Source: Cetorhinus maximus (taxonomy: Eukaryota). From it: 64,000 bases of DNA. Positions 63,031 to 64,000 of the stretch are shown in pieces (position 1 is the stretch's first letter; every line of letters starts with the position of its first letter). Made by a program: the position numbers and the translations under genes. The stretch spans positions 82,708,001 to 82,772,000 of the forward strand of contig NC_135889.1 in assembly GCF_964194155.1 (NCBI RefSeq), written 5' to 3'. The notes below the pieces were generated by a model. That model was not told the origin of the DNA. It did not search any database and was given only the letters and a program-made list of their open reading frames with translations.

Positions 63031-64000
63031 ATAGCTGCCTCCTCAAGGATTTTACCGGGAGTGGGGTAGGCCATTGCCACATGGTGAGGTTCTGGCTCTT
63101 CACACTCCCCGCCCCCGGCCTCACCCCCACCAGCAGGGCCTGCCAGCCTGGCCCTGGTGAAATAACCCTAATCACCTTCTAATCTGGCTCCAGCAATGAT
63201 CATCGTTGGGGACTGTCTGCAGTCCCAGCAGTGGCCACCGTTCATAGTGCCGCTGCTGGGAATTGAGAACTGCCAGAGTTGAACCCTCCCAGATGGGGCC
63301 AAAGTCTTGCCCTGAGCCAATTAATAGTCCAACGGCCATAAAATTAGCTCAGGGCTTCACGTCCATGCAGAGGCTGACTTGCCCCTGACTTTTAAGATGG
63401 GGTGGGGGGACTGCCTCTGCGTAAAATACCACCCAAAATATTTCTGTGCATTAATATTTATTAAAATTATCAGTGATTGTGAAGTAACTATAAATAAAAC
63501 AGAAAAATAATGTTGAGAAATAAAAGGAACAATAAATTTATAGATTATAATAATGACACTATGTTCTGCCATTTTACAGTGCAATATGCACAAAATGCAA
63601 TATTGTAATTTTAGAATTTTTTCAAATTGTACATTAATCTTATATGGTGCTGATTGAGATCTCGGGCTGCGGTGTTTAATCAAAGTCAATGTGATAACAT
63701 ACGGTCTGGGTGTTTGATAGCCATCTTGGGACTGAAGTGCAGTGGTGGTCACCTCTGATGTTAGAACTGGGAAAAATTGTAGGGGCAGATCAAAGGGAAT
63801 TTTGCATCTATCTGTGCGATACTTGAGCTTGGAGTGCTGCGTGCTAATACTGAGTGCTTGAAGTAGAAAATGTTGCATTACCTCGCTTTGAGGATCATAA
63901 AATGATTGCGAAAAATTGTTTCCAAAAATCAAAGCATGATGTGGCACTGTGGGGAGGTGGTGGCATAGTGGTATTGTCACTGGATAAGTATTCCAGAGAC

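Noticed and set aside
63357-63980. 207-aa minus-strand ORF
   Set aside because: Spans a SINE head, AT-rich sequence and MITE-like debris; no SDR exon-3 motif (IEPG) or other domain

Overview
Eukaryotic, repeat-rich vertebrate genomic DNA. The repeat content (CR1, L2 and RTE LINEs, Penelope-like elements, Deu-domain and tRNA-derived SINEs, many PIF/Harbinger elements) suggests a cartilaginous fish; that is inference. One complete host gene can be assembled on the + strand: a 4-coding-exon microsomal SDR of the SDR9C (RDH16/RDH7/HSD17B6-like) group, exons 2349-2661, 6395-6653, 14017-14180 and 30069-30289, 318 aa, with intact TGxxxGxG, NNAG and YxxxK motifs. The last exon of a second, convergently oriented paralogue lies at 61178-61401 (- strand). 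Most other sequence is transposon-derived: Harbinger transposase and spliced Myb/SANT genes, a Harbinger-type MITE family with 3-bp TSDs, Gypsy remnants, solo LTRs and Penelope copies with hammerhead-like motifs. Intron 3 holds a four-level nested insertion. I found no CRISPR, rRNA or tRNA gene, and no convincing new multi-gene system. The notable observations are structural: a NAGNAG acceptor whose distal use creates a stop codon, the nested transposons, a TSD-flanked LTR-like unit ending just after a tRNA-Pro PBS-like motif, and paired E-box palindromes spread by MITEs. Boundaries of degraded repeats are approximate.
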